Origin: Utricularia gibba | Taxonomy: Eukaryota; Plantae; Magnoliophyta | NCBI GenBank assembly: GCA_002189035.1 | Contig: NEEC01000010.1 | Span: 3,410,001-3,474,000, forward strand | Length of the DNA stretch: 64,000 nt | Direction of reading: 5' to 3' | Part shown: piece after piece, positions 62,446 through 64,000 of the stretch | Numbering within the stretch: position 1 is the stretch's first letter | Layout: each line of letters starts with the position of its first letter | Notes under the pieces: generated by a model | The model's input: the letters and a program-made list of their open reading frames with translations, nothing else | The model's database searches: none | Told to the model about the DNA's origin: nothing | Translations under genes and position numbers: made by a program

Positions 62446-62841
62446 TTATCCAAACTTGCTGAATGCGAGAGCCATCAAGACTTTTTCCCTTGTAAAGCTG
62501 AGCACAGCTTCATCACCTCGCTGTAATCGCCCTACCAAATAGGACAAGCTTATGATCTCAAAGCGTCTCCATCTTCTGTCCTTTGCAAACTTCTCCATGC
62601 CCTTCTTGACCATCTCATCTCAATCTTTCACCTTCATTGCATCGCCCAGCACAACCCGGTAACGCTCAAAAGTCCCAGCAGACTCAAGAACCAAACTCCG
62701 AATGTCCGTCCAATCTCATCGATCCATCCATGTGGTGACAGAATGTTGTGCTTGTGGTGTGCTGCATTACTCGCAGCTAGGCCAGCAACATGTGCACCGA
62801 GCAGACGAGACGATCACCACCTCCTCCTCGATTTCCATCAT
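62446..62841 (-). pseudogene. Collapsed remnant of an FAD-dependent monooxygenase (MO2/MO3-like)
   Basis: Not in the ORF track. Across 2-3 frameshifts it reads MEIEEEVVIV..GAHVAGLAA (decayed GxGxxG motif), IRSLVLESA, then directly GMEKFAKDRRWRRFEIISLSYLVGRLQ...FTREK, resembling both ends of plant monooxygenases. Confidence 0.6.
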
Positions 62842-63808
62842 CTTATCAAGGGATCGAGCTCCAATTACAGAAGAAAGCCCATCAAGAAGCAAAAGTCGGA
62901 GCCCAAAATGGTGGCCTCATGGCCCAAAATAACTGATGTTGCCACGTTGCAACTTGCAAGTGAAAAAAATGGGCCAATCGATTACGGCACGGCTATCTTG
63001 GATCGCGCTTTCAGCTTCTCTACAACTTGTACTGCCTGGTTGGACGCTTGTACGCTATTCGTCAGCTTCCAATCTCACCAGGCAGAATATTCCTGTAAGC
63101 GGTTCACGATCATCTCGTCCCTTTTCATTCTGTTTTATCTGGTGTCTCTTCTCTGGGTTGGTTTGAAAGGGCTCGGAATTTTCAGATCCGCTATAGTATG
63201 TTTCTTTTTTGAAAAAAAATTCTTTTGAGCGTGAATGTGTAATGAAACTGCTTCATTTCGCTCAGTTGGCCCGGTCCTAGGAAGTTTTCTGGTTTTCAAG
63301 TTTTATTGCCTTTTCTAGATTATTTATTGCCCAGATTTCCAGTTGCTGCTCCATTTCTATCTAGGCCGGTGTGGGGGCTGGTCCCATCATGAAGTTGAAT
63401 TCTTGATGAATTAATTGGTCGATATATGAAAGCGAATTATAGAAATTGCCTTAGGTCGGTGCTTATTGACCGATTTAAAGAGAAAGAGTTATTCTGTTAT
63501 GATTACTGTGTCTTGGACAATTCCAGGTTTGAGATGAAATAGAGTAGCAGTGTGGGGTGTATGAACGGAAACTTTGACCTGCTTTCGTCATCTGACGTTA
63601 TCAATCAGTGGCTTGCTACCAGTTAAATTATAACCTTGATGTTGCCCTTGTTATTTAGAGTTCTGGCTCAGTGTTGTAATGTTGCAACCTCCGTCCCAAA
63701 TTTTATTTTGCGCAGAAACATGAGACCATTGTTTCCCGAATCATTTCCTTCTTATCTTTTAAAATATTCTTGTTGCTGTTAAAGTTATTATTAATTTATA
63801 GGTTGAAC

Positions 63809-63866
63809 ATGGTGGCCGCAGACAACAATGCTGACCTGGAGGAAGGCACCCTTGAGATAGGAATCG
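63809..63866 (+). CDS. VHA-B: V-type H+-ATPase subunit B, first coding exon (gene continues beyond window)
   Basis: MVAADNNADLEEGTLEIG followed by a GT donor. Matches the plant VHA-B N-terminus (DIEEGTLEIGMEYRTV). Confidence 0.8.
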
Positions 63867-64000
63867 GTATGTATCTTCTTGCAGACTTCCTTGTCTACCG
63901 AATGAAATTCATGATTTCGCCAATGCTATTTACGTCTATTAATTTCACCATTTACAATTTTCTAATGGTGTTACCAAAGAACTAACGCTCTTGGAGTTTT

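Overview
Eukaryotic (eudicot plant) nuclear DNA from a very compact genome: about 24 protein-coding genes in 64 kb with short introns. This density would fit a miniaturised genome such as Lentibulariaceae (Utricularia/Genlisea), but that is an inference only. Gene order: BZR1/BES1 3' end, IDD zinc finger, DUF4091/At1g45150-like, small SPT subunit, SICKLE, a divergent GARP factor with a Q/P/Y tandem-repeat tail, DUF620, a three-member snoRNA cluster, an internally deleted EXA1/GYF remnant, a PIF/Harbinger transposase, dUTPase, two tandem HKT1 genes, SHT-type BAHD, TOPLESS-related, PP2C, C3H14/15, LPP, PKSB/LAP5, SAUR, bZIP29-like, eIF4B, proteasome alpha4, ROP, SYF2, a monooxygenase remnant and the first coding exon of VHA-B. 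The top observation is that the first HKT1 copy has Gly at the pore-A selectivity position (G-G-G-G filter, as in K+-permeable class II HKTs) plus an extra intron, while its tandem twin keeps the usual eudicot Ser. At least 12 otherwise conserved reading frames carry a single-base deletion, nearly all in short homopolymers. These are most likely long-read consensus errors, so frameshifts alone are not treated as evidence of pseudogenes. Protein and rRNA identifications come from recalled sequences and motifs, not database searches.
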